From contig NZ_JABZFL010000015.1 of assembly GCF_014237455.1 (NCBI RefSeq), positions 4,403 through 68,402 on the forward strand: DNA of 64,000 nt, given 5' to 3'. Both the position numbers and the translations under genes were made by a program. Positions 27,245 to 37,317 of this stretch are shown here, in pieces; positions within the stretch are counted from its first letter, which is position 1, and the number at the start of each line of letters is the position of its first letter. Source of the DNA: Desulfobacula sp. (lineage in GTDB: Bacteria; Desulfobacterota; Desulfobacteria; Desulfobacterales; Desulfobacteraceae). A model generated the notes under the pieces. It made no database searches, was not told where the DNA came from, and was given only the letters and a program-made list of their open reading frames with translations.

Positions 27245-28135
27245 TTAAAGACTGGTGCTTAAAAGGATAAAGCCTAAACAAGCCACTAATAAGCCTGCCA
27301 TGGCTTCAATCATATGTTCAAGTAGGATTAATATCCTGCTGTGATTGGAAACCAGAGAGAGGACAGCGGCTTTGCCTGACATGCCTGCTATGACAATCAA
27401 AGTAATGGTTGAAGCCATGCCGAAAGAAATGGTTGTGCCCAATAAAATTCCCAGCCAGGTTAAATCCAAAGATATGGCAAACAACATCACCATAACCACA
27501 CCGGGACATGGGATGATACCCACTGCGATTGCTGTTATAAATGGATTGGCAAACAGTTTTGTACGGGGTTCATGATGTGCTGTTTTATTTTTGTTCCATT
27601 TATAAATGGTTCTGGAAAATATGATGAGTCCAAGGCAGGTGATTAAGGAATAGCTGATGATTTGAGTGATATTTGTCATGGTTTCAAGTGAGGTCGAAAT
27701 GCTTGTTTGCAATAAGTATTTTACGGATAGAACAAAGAAAATACCTGAGAATCCATGGGTTAATGCCACAAGGTTGCCGAAAATTAAACCCTGAGGAAAA
27801 CTTGGTTTACAAGACAGAATATAGGATAGGGCGACGGCCTTTCCATGGCCTGGGCCGGCTGAATGGATAACGCCATAGGCAAAGGCTGAAGCGATAAGAA
27901 CAAAAAAGGGTGCCGGACTTTTTTTTGTTTTGGCCTCACGTATCAAACTGGACATCTTTTCTCTTAACTTCTGCTGCCAGTAAATTATTTTAACAAAGAA
28001 TTTGCTTTTTACCAATGGCTTAGACGTCATGTGATGCTTTTCAGGTTTTGTTGTAAAAGGGTTATCGGCATTTGTTATTGAAGTGGATAAAAAGACTGCA
28101 CACAGCAAAAAGACGACTATGGATATTTTGTTCAT
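27245..28135 (-). CDS. NiCoT/RcnA-family (ZevB-like) Ni/Co/Zn transporter
   Basis: 'YGVIHSAGPGHGKA', 'GIIPCPG'; TGATG coupling with the DUF1007 gene. Confidence 0.85.
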   Translation of the reverse strand: MNKISIVVFLLCAVFLSTSITNADNPFTTKPEKHHMTSKPLVKSKFFVKIIYWQQKLREKMSSLIREAKTKKSPAPFFVLIASAFAYGVIHSAGPGHGKAVALSYILSCKPSFPQGLIFGNLVALTHGFSGIFFVLSVKYLLQTSISTSLETMTNITQIISYSLITCLGLIIFSRTIYKWNKNKTAHHEPRTKLFANPFITAIAVGIIPCPGVVMVMLFAISLDLTWLGILLGTTISFGMASTITLIVIAGMSGKAAVLSLVSNHSRILILLEHMIEAMAGLLVACLGFILLSTSL

Positions 28136-28740
28136 CACTTTAACTTGAAATCCAGAAATAATGCCCAAGGGTTCACCATGTCATAGTATATCAAGGTAGC
28201 TTTGTCTCTTTTTATGTGAGCATTGACTTTAAATTTGTTATTGTTTTCAATTGCAAAAGGACGTTGTTCTGTAAAATAAATGGCAGAGTAGTAATTTGGG
28301 TCATAAAAAGCAATGTTGATGTGTTTAAAATTTTTTATGGCACTGACATGGCAGGGGATGAAAAAATCATAAATCAATTTTCCGTTTTCAAGTTTTGCAG
28401 AAAAGTCAGTCACATATTTAACTTTAAAAGGAGTACCGTCAATTTTTACATAAATAAAATAATTGAATTCGGCAATATAGGAAAAAGCTTTTTCCCTGAT
28501 GGATGTCACCTCGGTTTTTTCAAGAGTTCCATTTTTATTCAGGTCATGATCTTCGCAGATCATGTTTGAAAACATGTCATCAAATTTCCAGTATACATTA
28601 AAACCTGCTACTCCTTTTTCATCAAACACGACCGTCAGGTTCTGGGCAATAAAAACATGGGGATGCCCCCAGGTGATTTCGATGAGGATAAACAGGAGCC
28701 AGGAAATCATAAGAACAGATTTAATAACCATATGTTTCAT
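28135..28740 (-). CDS. DUF1007 family periplasmic metal-binding protein (ZevA-like)
   Basis: Signal peptide followed by 'HPHVFI', 'W.FDDMFS', 'FYDPNYY'. Start placed at ATG 28740. Confidence 0.85.
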   Translation of the reverse strand: MKHMVIKSVLMISWLLFILIEITWGHPHVFIAQNLTVVFDEKGVAGFNVYWKFDDMFSNMICEDHDLNKNGTLEKTEVTSIREKAFSYIAEFNYFIYVKIDGTPFKVKYVTDFSAKLENGKLIYDFFIPCHVSAIKNFKHINIAFYDPNYYSAIYFTEQRPFAIENNNKFKVNAHIKRDKATLIYYDMVNPWALFLDFKLK

Positions 28741-28906
28741 ATATTTTGCGCCAATATTTTTTATAGCCTTTGTGTTTTTTGACCCCTTATATAGTATGGG
28801 TAATATAAAATTGAAATAGAAAAAAAGATGTTCTCTTATTCCTGGAACGCGGCAATCAGGCGGGAAAAAAGTTAGGAGGGGGCTTACTTTTATTGGATTG
28901 ATGAGG

Positions 28907-29326
28907 TCAATTTGTGATCGGCTCAATGTCACAATGGGGGCAGGTATCGATTTTTTTTACAAATTTTTTAAATTTACTAAAAGTCTGTTTATTCATTGCA
29001 TGTTCCATCTGGCAGGCTGTGCGGTCGGCTGTTTTCTCATCAACCTCCAATATCCTGAAAAGAAAATCCTTTAGGAAAATATGACGGCGTTCTATTTCCA
29101 AAGCAATTTTTTTGCCTTCAGGAGTTAAGGTGACATATCCATAGGGCTCATAGTTGATAAGTTTGTTGATAGCAAGCTTTTTTAACATCCCTGTAACAGA
29201 CCCTCTTTTAATGCCCATCTTTTCGGCAATATCCTTGGACCGGGCCACGGTTTTTGTTCTCTGCAATTCAAGTATGATTTCAAGATAATCTTCAAGGCTT
29301 TCTGAAAGTTGATTTTTTTTAGCCAT
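28907..29326 (-). CDS. DtxR/MntR family metal-dependent regulator
   Basis: 'SESLEDYLEII', 'ARSKDIA', 'SVTGMLKKL', 'YEPYGYVTLT..G', 'ACQMEH'. Confidence 0.92.
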   Translation of the reverse strand: MAKKNQLSESLEDYLEIILELQRTKTVARSKDIAEKMGIKRGSVTGMLKKLAINKLINYEPYGYVTLTPEGKKIALEIERRHIFLKDFLFRILEVDEKTADRTACQMEHAMNKQTFSKFKKFVKKIDTCPHCDIEPITN

Positions 29327-29417
29327 GTCTCTTCTCCCTTAAGTTTATTGTCATATGTTTATATTTAAATATTTAGTAAGTCAAATATTTATTTTATATA
29401 GACAGCTCATTTTTTTA

Positions 29418-29452
29418 TTGACAACAATAAAAGTTAGGTATAATAAACTTTT
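29418..29452 (+). promoter_or_regulatory. feoA sigma70-like promoter overlapped by inverted repeat AAAGTT-N10-AACTTT (candidate DtxR-type operator)
   Basis: TTGACA at 29418-29423, TATAAT at 29439-29444 (15-nt spacer, short); palindrome spans the -10. Confidence 0.45.
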
Positions 29453-29497
29453 TATTTATCGAAAAACTTAATTATATATTCAAAACAAGGAGGCTAT

Positions 29498-29731
29498 ATG
29501 GGAAGAATAAGTTTAAGGCAAATGCAGGTTGATCAAACCGGTACGATTATTTCTGTTAAAGGTACAGGAGAGCTTGGCAGGCGGATCAGGGACATGGGAC
29601 TCATTCCCGGCAAGAAGATTAAAGTTCAGGGGCGAGCACCTCTCCATGATCCGGTTTCCCTCAGAATCATGGGATTTACACTAACGCTTCGGAACAATGA
29701 AGCCGACCATATTGAAGTAGAGGTGCAATAA
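29498..29731 (+). CDS. feoA: Ferrous iron transport protein A
   Basis: 'RRIRDMGLIPG', 'RAPLHDPV', 'LTLRNNEA..IEV'. Confidence 0.93.
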   Translation: MGRISLRQMQVDQTGTIISVKGTGELGRRIRDMGLIPGKKIKVQGRAPLHDPVSLRIMGFTLTLRNNEADHIEVEVQ

Positions 29732-29732
29732 G

Positions 29733-31970
29733 ATGAGTACAGCAATCGCACTGGCAGGGAACCCGAATTCAGGCAAAACAACTCTTTTTAATGAATTAAC
29801 AGGCGCACGGCAGCATGTTGGCAACTATCCCGGTGTGACTGTTGAAAAAAAACAGGGAACATGCGTAAGTGATTCCGGGAAATTTGACATAGTTGATCTT
29901 CCCGGAACCTATTCTTTGACAGCCTATTCCCTGGAAGAAGTGGTTGCAAGAGATTTCCTTGTAAATGAAAAACCTTCCATGATTGTCAATATTGTTGATG
30001 CATCCAATCTTGAAAGAAATCTTTATCTTTCGGTCCAGTTTATGGAAATGGGGATTCCTGTAACCATTGCATTAAATATGATGGATGTGGCAAAAAAGCG
30101 GGGTATTAAGATTGACATTAAAAAATTGTCAAAATTATTGAATGTTCCTGTTGTTCCGACCATTGCCCGAAGTGGTGAAGGGAAAAAAGAACTGCTGCAG
30201 ACCATTGCTTCAAATGTAAACGGTAAAGCCGAGCCTTTAACGATTTCCTATGGACGCGACATTGATACTGCCCTTGATGAAATGGAAGAAATTATCCAAT
30301 CTTCTACTTTTTTAACAGCAAGATACAGGGCAAGGTGGACGGCCATCAAATATCTTGAAAAGGATCAACAGATTGTTGAGTCCGGCAAAAAGGAAGATAT
30401 GAAGGTTGCTTTGCAACTGGAAGGGATTGTTAAAAAAGTTACTGGCCATCTTTTGGCAACCCTTGATACCCATCCTGAAGGAATCATTGCAGATCACAGG
30501 TATGGATTTATCAATTCAGTTCTAAAACAGAACGTGATCGGCTATTTCCAGGACAAAAACAGGCTGCAATTGTCAGATAAAATTGATAAAGCAGTGACTA
30601 ACCGATTCCTGGGACCCATCATCATGGTTGGCATTTTGATGGGGCTCTATAAATTTACATTTACCTATAGCGAAATCCCAGTGGGATGGTTTGAAAGTTT
30701 TTTCGGGTGGATTGGAGGAATTGCAGATAATGCCTTGCCTGAAGGGCATTTAAAATCCCTTGTTATTTCGGGGATAATTGACGGAGTGGGCGGGGTTCTC
30801 GGATTTGTGCCTTTGATTATGTTCATGTTTTTAGGGATTGCTTTTCTTGAAGACTCGGGATACCTGGCACGAATGGCATTTATGCTGGACAGGGTGTTCA
30901 GAATGTTTGGACTCCATGGAAGTTCAGTAATGGCATTTATTGTATCAGGCGGTATTGCAGGCGGTTGTGCAGTCCCCGGTGTTATGGCCACAAGAACCCT
31001 TAAATCTCCTAAAGAAAGGCTTACAACGCTTTTAACCGTTCCATTTATGAATTGCGGTGCCAAACTTCCAGTGTATGCATTGCTGGTTGCTGCATTTTTT
31101 TCAAAAAATGAAGCAACGGTGATGCTGCTCATTACATTGATCTCCTGGGTTGGCGCATTGTTGGTGGCCAGGCTTTTGCGGTCTACCGTTATAAAAGGAG
31201 AATCAACGCCCTTTGTCATGGAACTTCCTCCATACAGGATGCCGACAATTAAAGGCATTTTGATTCATACCTGGGAAAGAACCTGGCAGTATATTAAAAA
31301 AGCAGGCACTGTTATTTTAGGCATTTCCATTGTTCTATGGGCCATGATGACATTCCCGGGCCTTCCTGAGACAAAAACTCAAGAGTTTGAAAGCCTGCGA
31401 TTATTTATTATGTCGGGTGTGCCGGCTCGGGTTTTGAGTGAGATTGAAACCCTTGAAACTGAAACCATAAAAGGAGATAACCTGAAGGTCACACGTAAAT
31501 TGTCTGCAAAGGCAATGGTGGTAAAGAAAAGCCTTGCCCAGGTTGATTTTGATGAAGCCCATGCAGGATTGAAGAATTCCATTGCAGGCCGTATCGGTTC
31601 TTCCCTTGAAGGGATAACAAAGTTTGCAGGGTTTGACTGGAGAACAAATATTGCCCTTGTGGGCGGGTTTGCAGCAAAGGAGATCGTGGTATCAACACTT
31701 GGAACGGCCTATTCCATTGGTGAAGTAGATCCGGAAGAAACCACCTCCCTTTCTGACAGATTAAAAGTAGCAGAAGGTTGGGGTCCCTTGACGGCATTCA
31801 GTCTGATCATATTTACCATTTTTTATGCTCCTTGTTTTGTTACGGTGGTCTGTATTGCAAAAGAGGCTGGCTCATGGAAATGGGCGGCTTTTTCTGTTGT
31901 GTTTAATACGGTACTTGCCTTTGGGTTGTCAGTACTCTTTTACCAGGTTGGGTCTATTGTCTTGACATAA
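29733..31970 (+). CDS. feoB: Ferrous iron transport protein B
   Basis: G1 GNPNSGKT, 'VGNYPGVTVE', DLPG, NMMD, gate 'PFMNCGAKLPVY'. Confidence 0.96.
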   Translation: MSTAIALAGNPNSGKTTLFNELTGARQHVGNYPGVTVEKKQGTCVSDSGKFDIVDLPGTYSLTAYSLEEVVARDFLVNEKPSMIVNIVDASNLERNLYLSVQFMEMGIPVTIALNMMDVAKKRGIKIDIKKLSKLLNVPVVPTIARSGEGKKELLQTIASNVNGKAEPLTISYGRDIDTALDEMEEIIQSSTFLTARYRARWTAIKYLEKDQQIVESGKKEDMKVALQLEGIVKKVTGHLLATLDTHPEGIIADHRYGFINSVLKQNVIGYFQDKNRLQLSDKIDKAVTNRFLGPIIMVGILMGLYKFTFTYSEIPVGWFESFFGWIGGIADNALPEGHLKSLVISGIIDGVGGVLGFVPLIMFMFLGIAFLEDSGYLARMAFMLDRVFRMFGLHGSSVMAFIVSGGIAGGCAVPGVMATRTLKSPKERLTTLLTVPFMNCGAKLPVYALLVAAFFSKNEATVMLLITLISWVGALLVARLLRSTVIKGESTPFVMELPPYRMPTIKGILIHTWERTWQYIKKAGTVILGISIVLWAMMTFPGLPETKTQEFESLRLFIMSGVPARVLSEIETLETETIKGDNLKVTRKLSAKAMVVKKSLAQVDFDEAHAGLKNSIAGRIGSSLEGITKFAGFDWRTNIALVGGFAAKEIVVSTLGTAYSIGEVDPEETTSLSDRLKVAEGWGPLTAFSLIIFTIFYAPCFVTVVCIAKEAGSWKWAAFSVVFNTVLAFGLSVLFYQVGSIVLT

Positions 31971-31987
31971 AGATAGGAGGATACATC

Positions 31988-32149
31988 ATGGATGAAATTA
32001 TCGTTGGCATTATCGTGGCCGGGGCAGTCGCTTTCACGATTAAAAGTTTTATAAATACGTATCAGGGAAAGAAATCGTGTGATTGTGGCACCGGATGCTC
32101 ATGCGCGTCAAAAAAATCATGTCCCCCTGGATTTTTGAAAGACAAATAA
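31988..32149 (+). CDS. FeoB-associated Cys-rich small membrane protein (53 aa, not in ORF track)
   Basis: MDEIIVGIIVAGAVAFTIKSFINTYQGKKSCDCGTGCSCASKKSCPPGFLKDK*; RBS AGGAGG; one TM plus five Cys. Confidence 0.85.
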   Translation: MDEIIVGIIVAGAVAFTIKSFINTYQGKKSCDCGTGCSCASKKSCPPGFLKDK

Positions 32150-32320
32150 AAAATAAGTTTTGTAAAAAATAGTTATATCATCCCTCAGCTTTGTCTGATG
32201 TGTATCAGTATCAAGGTTGGTATGGATTTTGCTTTTATTAGGTTGTCAGAATTAAAATACTATTATAATAAGGGTAATATTCATCGTTAATATAACATCA
32301 ATTTTTTAAAGAGGTGATTT

Positions 32321-34720
32321 ATGACGGATGACAACACGCCGATTACACCGGAAATAGTCGAAGCCGATAATGGGAAAAAAGACGGTCAACTGGTTCAGCA
32401 AAGCGTCAAACCGGATATTTTATATCTTATCCCCATCACGGGCCGTCCTCATTTGCCTGCACAGGTTCAACCCCTTATGGTCAGCAAGAAAAGATGGGAA
32501 GAAACGTTGAGGAAGGCATCCAAAGATTCTAAGAATCTTTTGGGCCTTTCATATCTGAAAGAAGTGAAGGGAAAATACGTGTATAAAGAAAATTTTCCTG
32601 AAGTGGGTTGTATTGTCAGGATGATGAATATCGTGGATGTTCAGGAAAATATCCAGTTTATTGCCCAGGGGCTTGAAAGATTTCGGATCAAGCAGTTTCT
32701 TTCGGACAAACCACCCTTTGTGGTTCGGGTGGAGTATTTCGAAAAAACAAAAGAGAATGAAGATGAACTTAAGGCCTATGCCATTGCCATTATTAATGCC
32801 ATCAAGAAATTGCTCACGCTGAACCCCTTATACTCTGAAGATTTAAGGCAATACTTAGGCATGTTCAGCCCGGATCAACCGTCGCCTCTGACTGATTTTG
32901 CAGCCGGAATTACTACGGCATCCGGTGATGATTTACAGGAAGTTTTGGAACTCTCCTCTGTTCTGGACCGGATGAAGAAAGTCATGTTGCTGTTGCAAAA
33001 AGAGATAGAAATTGCAAAGCTCCAAAGTAAAATACAAAAAGACCTCAACATCCAGATGGATGAAAGCAAACGCAAATTCTTTTTAAAAGAACAGCTTAAA
33101 GCAATCCAGAAAGAGCTTGGATTGAAAAAAGATGACAAAACGTCGGATGTGGATAAATTTAAAGATAAGTTTGAAAAATTGAATCCACCCGAACATGTGG
33201 TCAAGCGGTTTGAAGAGGAGATTGAAAAATTAGCCGTACTTGAGACAGGATCTTCAGAATATGGAGTGACCCGAAACTATCTGGACTGGATCACATCCTT
33301 CCCATGGGGAGTCTATTCCAGGGATAATATTGATATTAAACGGGCTGAAAAAATCCTTGACCGGGATCATGCAGGACTTTTAGATGTAAAAGAAAGGATT
33401 GTAGAGTTTTTTGCAGCCGGAATTTATAAAAAAGATTTTTCCGGCTCCATTATTTTGTTTGTCGGACCTCCGGGTGTCGGTAAAACTTCTATTGGGAAAT
33501 CAATTGCCGAGGCCCTTGGAAGAAAATTTTACAGGTTCAGTCTTGGCGGAATGAGGGATGAGGCTGAGATCAAAGGGCATAGAAGAACCTATGTGGGAGC
33601 ATTGCCCGGGAAACTGGTCCAGGCCTTAAAAGATACCCAAGTGGCAAATCCTGTGATCATGCTGGATGAGGTGGATAAAATCGGATCATCTTACCAGGGG
33701 GACCCCGCATCTGCTTTACTTGAAGTGCTTGATCCTGAACAAAATTCTGAATTTCTCGATCATTATATGGATCTTCGGATTGATTTGTCCAAAGTGTTGT
33801 TTATCTGCACAGCCAATCAGCTTGATACGATTCCCAGGCCACTTTTGGACAGGATGGACCGGATTAACCTGTCCGGTTATATTACGGAAGAAAAAATTCA
33901 AATTGCCAGAAAGCATCTCTGGCCAAAACTTTTAAAAAGAAATAAGCTGACATCCAAAGAGATCACTATCACAGATCCTACTATCCGTCTTCTTATTGAA
34001 GGCTTTGCCAGGGAAGCCGGGGTCAGAAATATTGAAAAACTTTTCAATAAAATTATCAGAAAAAGCATTGTGACCCTGTTAAAAGGAAAGAAAAAGAAAA
34101 TCAGGATCAATATTAAATCCCTGGAAGATTATCTGGGGCCGCCGGTTTTCAAAGATGAAAAACAAATATCAGGCGTTGGCGTAGTAACCGGCCTTGCCTG
34201 GACCCAGCTTGGCGGGGTAACGCTTCCCATTGAGGCGGTAAAGGTTCATGGGAAAAATCCGGGATTTAAGCTGACCGGAAAGCTTGGGGAAGTGATGCAG
34301 GAGTCGGCAGCCATTGCCTACAGCCATGTGAGGGCAAATCTTGCATCATTTGAAATTGATAAAAAATATTTTGATAATGCCTTTATCCATATCCATGTGC
34401 CGGAAGGGGCAACTCCAAAGGATGGCCCAAGTGCCGGGATTACTATTACAACAGCTTTGGTTTCCCTTGCGATTAGAAAGGCAATCGACCATCCCCTTGC
34501 CATGACGGGAGAAATGACTTTGACAGGTGAAGTCCTTCCTGTTGGCGGCATTAAAGAGAAAATTATTGCTGCCCGACGATCCGGTATTAAAGAGATTATT
34601 TTGCCCGAAGGGTGTAAGCCTGACTTCAAAAAACTTCCGGAGTACATTAAAGACGGCATCACGTTTCATTTTGCTAAAAAATATAAAGACGTGTTCAAGA
34701 TCGTGTTTAATGATCTTTAA
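32321..34720 (+). CDS. lon: ATP-dependent Lon protease
   Basis: GPPGVGKTS, 'GHRRTYVGALPG', 'MLDEVDKI', catalytic 'PKDGPSAG' and 'GGIKEK'. Confidence 0.97.
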   Translation: MTDDNTPITPEIVEADNGKKDGQLVQQSVKPDILYLIPITGRPHLPAQVQPLMVSKKRWEETLRKASKDSKNLLGLSYLKEVKGKYVYKENFPEVGCIVRMMNIVDVQENIQFIAQGLERFRIKQFLSDKPPFVVRVEYFEKTKENEDELKAYAIAIINAIKKLLTLNPLYSEDLRQYLGMFSPDQPSPLTDFAAGITTASGDDLQEVLELSSVLDRMKKVMLLLQKEIEIAKLQSKIQKDLNIQMDESKRKFFLKEQLKAIQKELGLKKDDKTSDVDKFKDKFEKLNPPEHVVKRFEEEIEKLAVLETGSSEYGVTRNYLDWITSFPWGVYSRDNIDIKRAEKILDRDHAGLLDVKERIVEFFAAGIYKKDFSGSIILFVGPPGVGKTSIGKSIAEALGRKFYRFSLGGMRDEAEIKGHRRTYVGALPGKLVQALKDTQVANPVIMLDEVDKIGSSYQGDPASALLEVLDPEQNSEFLDHYMDLRIDLSKVLFICTANQLDTIPRPLLDRMDRINLSGYITEEKIQIARKHLWPKLLKRNKLTSKEITITDPTIRLLIEGFAREAGVRNIEKLFNKIIRKSIVTLLKGKKKKIRINIKSLEDYLGPPVFKDEKQISGVGVVTGLAWTQLGGVTLPIEAVKVHGKNPGFKLTGKLGEVMQESAAIAYSHVRANLASFEIDKKYFDNAFIHIHVPEGATPKDGPSAGITITTALVSLAIRKAIDHPLAMTGEMTLTGEVLPVGGIKEKIIAARRSGIKEIILPEGCKPDFKKLPEYIKDGITFHFAKKYKDVFKIVFNDL

Positions 34721-34775
34721 GGCCGACATCATTTTTTAAGAAACTGCAAAGAGTATTGTTTCAGGTGCTTTGGTT

Positions 34776-35756
34776 TTATATCAGCTTTTTTATCCGTGCC
34801 CATGCATCTTCAGGGAGCTGAGCCCCCATGATCTGGCAAACCTCATAGCCGCAGGCAGACGCGATTCGGCCGCTTTTTTCAATGGAAAATCCATGGGCAA
34901 TTCCAAAAAGAAATCCGGCTGCCCAGAGATCTCCTGCCCCGGTTGTGTCGATGGGGGTATTTCCCGATTGGGGTTGTATTCTTGTGATAGTGTTATTGTA
35001 TGAGACATAACTGCCTCTTTTGCCAACTTTCAGGACAGCATATGTGACATGCCGAGACATTTTTTCAATGGCTTTTTGTTCATTATCGTAACCGGTATAT
35101 GCCTTTGCTTCATCTTCATTGGCAATAAGAATATCAACAAAGTTTTTTATGATATCTTCAAGAATATCGCTGGACGAATTGACCACTTCAAAACTTGCAA
35201 GATCGAGAGCAATAAGAGATCCGGCAGCCCTGGCAGCTTCTAGCGCAGCCATCATTAAATCCTTGTTGAACAAAAGATATCCTTCAATCATGGAAATGGC
35301 AGTCCCTTTAAATATGTCAGAAGTGATAAGTTCAGGATCAAGTTCTGTGGATGCGCCAAGAAAAGTGAACATGGAGCGCTGGGCATCCGGTGTGATAACA
35401 GATAGAACTTTGCCTGTCGGAGAGCTGGAGATTGAAACAACGGGTTCAACATTACATTTAACCACCTGTTTTTCAAAAATTTCACCATATGCATCATTTC
35501 CCCTTTTGCCGATAAATCTGGCATCCCCGCCAAGACTGCCGACACCCACGATTGTATTGCATGCCGCACCGCCGGGAACAACAACAGGCGTTTGATCTGA
35601 TTCAGATAAAATTATTTCGATATCCCTGTCCTCTACAAGGGTCATCCCCCCTTTTTCTTTTTCAAGGTTTGTTAAAAATCGGTCAGATTCATTGATTAAA
35701 ATATCAACAAGTGCAGAACCGATACCTGTAATTCTTGTTACTCTGTTTTCCGGCAT
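34776..35756 (-). CDS. PfkB family adenosine/carbohydrate kinase
   Basis: 'GSALVDI', 'PGGAACNT', 'ANEDEA', 'DTTGAGDLWAAGF'. Confidence 0.85.
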   Translation of the reverse strand: MPENRVTRITGIGSALVDILINESDRFLTNLEKEKGGMTLVEDRDIEIILSESDQTPVVVPGGAACNTIVGVGSLGGDARFIGKRGNDAYGEIFEKQVVKCNVEPVVSISSSPTGKVLSVITPDAQRSMFTFLGASTELDPELITSDIFKGTAISMIEGYLLFNKDLMMAALEAARAAGSLIALDLASFEVVNSSSDILEDIIKNFVDILIANEDEAKAYTGYDNEQKAIEKMSRHVTYAVLKVGKRGSYVSYNNTITRIQPQSGNTPIDTTGAGDLWAAGFLFGIAHGFSIEKSGRIASACGYEVCQIMGAQLPEDAWARIKKLI

Positions 35757-35978
35757 GTTTTCTCCAAGGTCTATATTATTTAGTGTTTAAATTTAATCAA
35801 AGAATAAAAATTGTGAGATAATTGTCAAGTAATTTGTGATTTTTTCGAAAATGAAAAAATATGGCACAAGAAGGAGCCGGTATCGTTGACAAAGAGAGAA
35901 TAAAAACTTATTAATTATAGCCGTAAATGTAAATTATGTATGAATAAAATAGTTATCCTAATATAAAAGGAGTTCGTA

Positions 35979-37154
35979 ATGTCAGAAAAACAATCTTATA
36001 TGTTTACATCTGAATCTGTAACAGAAGGTCATCCTGATAAAGTAGCTGATGCCATATCAGATGGTATTCTTGATGCCATCATGGCGCAAGACAAAAAATG
36101 CAGAGTTGCCTGTGAGACTTTGGTGACCACGGGTCTTGCAATGGTTGCAGGAGAAATTACCACGGATTGCTATGTGGATATTCCCGAAGTTGTCAGAAGT
36201 ACCATCAAAGATATTGGATATAACTCCTCTAATATGGGATTTGACTGGCAGACCTGCTCTGTTGTTACCAGTATTGATCAGCAATCAGTTGATATTGCTC
36301 AGGGCGTTGATGAAGGCGCAGGTCTTTACAAAGAACAGGGTGCCGGTGATCAGGGAATAATGTTCGGGTTTGCCACAAATGAAACCCCGGAACTTATGCC
36401 CATGCCCATTATTTATGCCCATAAATTGACCAAGCGGCTGGCTCAGGTTAGAAAAAACGGTGCTCTTGATTTTCTAAGGCCAGACGGAAAATCTCAGGTG
36501 ACCATTGAATATATGAACGGGGGTCAGCCTAAGAGGGTGGATACGATTGTTGTTTCCACTCAGCATTCCCCTGATGTGTCTTATGGTGATTTAAAAACTG
36601 CCATTATAAAAGAAGTTATTCAAAAGGTGATACCCGAAGAGATGATAGACGGGGACACACGATTTTTTATTAACCCCACAGGGCGGTTTGTTGTGGGCGG
36701 TCCCATGGGAGACTGTGGCGTGACCGGCCGGAAAATCATTGTGGATACCTATGGAGGCAAGGGCAGTCATGGAGGTGGTTGTTTTTCCGGAAAAGATCCT
36801 TCAAAAGTTGACAGGAGCGCATCCTACATGGGAAGATATATTGCAAAGAACCTTGTAGCATCAGGAATTACAGACAAATGCGAGGTTCAGGTGGCCTATG
36901 CAATAGGTGTTGCCCAGCCAGTCTCCCTTTTTGTCGATTTCATGGGAACCGGGAAAATAACGGAATCCAAAGCAATTGAAATCGTTAAAGAGGTGTTTGA
37001 TCTGCGACCTGCTGCAATCATTAGTACCCTTGATCTTCTTCGCCCGATTTACAGGAAGACATCAGCGTACGGACATTTTGGAAGAAAAGATCCTGATTTT
37101 TACTGGGAAAGAACAGACAAGGCAAATCAAATAAAGGATCTGGCCGGACTATAG
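35979..37154 (+). CDS. metK: S-adenosylmethionine synthetase
   Basis: '[13 protein letters not shown]', 'GAGDQG', '[11 protein letters not shown]', '[17 protein letters not shown]'. Confidence 0.98.
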   Translation: MSEKQSYMFTSESVTEGHPDKVADAISDGILDAIMAQDKKCRVACETLVTTGLAMVAGEITTDCYVDIPEVVRSTIKDIGYNSSNMGFDWQTCSVVTSIDQQSVDIAQGVDEGAGLYKEQGAGDQGIMFGFATNETPELMPMPIIYAHKLTKRLAQVRKNGALDFLRPDGKSQVTIEYMNGGQPKRVDTIVVSTQHSPDVSYGDLKTAIIKEVIQKVIPEEMIDGDTRFFINPTGRFVVGGPMGDCGVTGRKIIVDTYGGKGSHGGGCFSGKDPSKVDRSASYMGRYIAKNLVASGITDKCEVQVAYAIGVAQPVSLFVDFMGTGKITESKAIEIVKEVFDLRPAAIISTLDLLRPIYRKTSAYGHFGRKDPDFYWERTDKANQIKDLAGL

Positions 37155-37182
37155 TCCAACTTCCCAACGATTTTGTTTTTTT

Positions 37183-37226
37183 AAAAGCCGCCTGAATTTT
37201 ATAGTTAAGTTCAGGCGGCTTTTTTT
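37183..37226 (+). terminator. Intrinsic terminator after metK
   Basis: AAAAGCCGCCTGAA...TTCAGGCGGCTTTTTTT. Confidence 0.85.
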
Positions 37227-37227
37227 A

Positions 37228-37289
37228 TTGACTTTAAAAACAGATACTTGTATTTTAGATATAAAACAACGTATCAATATATTTTGATA
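37228..37289 (+). promoter_or_regulatory. ahcY promoter with downstream palindrome TATCAA-N6-TTGATA
   Basis: TTGACT (37228-37233), 17-nt spacer, TATTTT (37251-37256); palindrome at 37272-37289. Confidence 0.55.
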
Positions 37290-37317
37290 TCTAATAAATT
37301 TAACAAGGAATTTTAAA

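Noticed and set aside
35757-37317. SAM or SAH riboswitch upstream of metK or ahcY
   Set aside because: Leaders are short and AT-rich with no SAM-I or SAH core; protein-operator control fits better.
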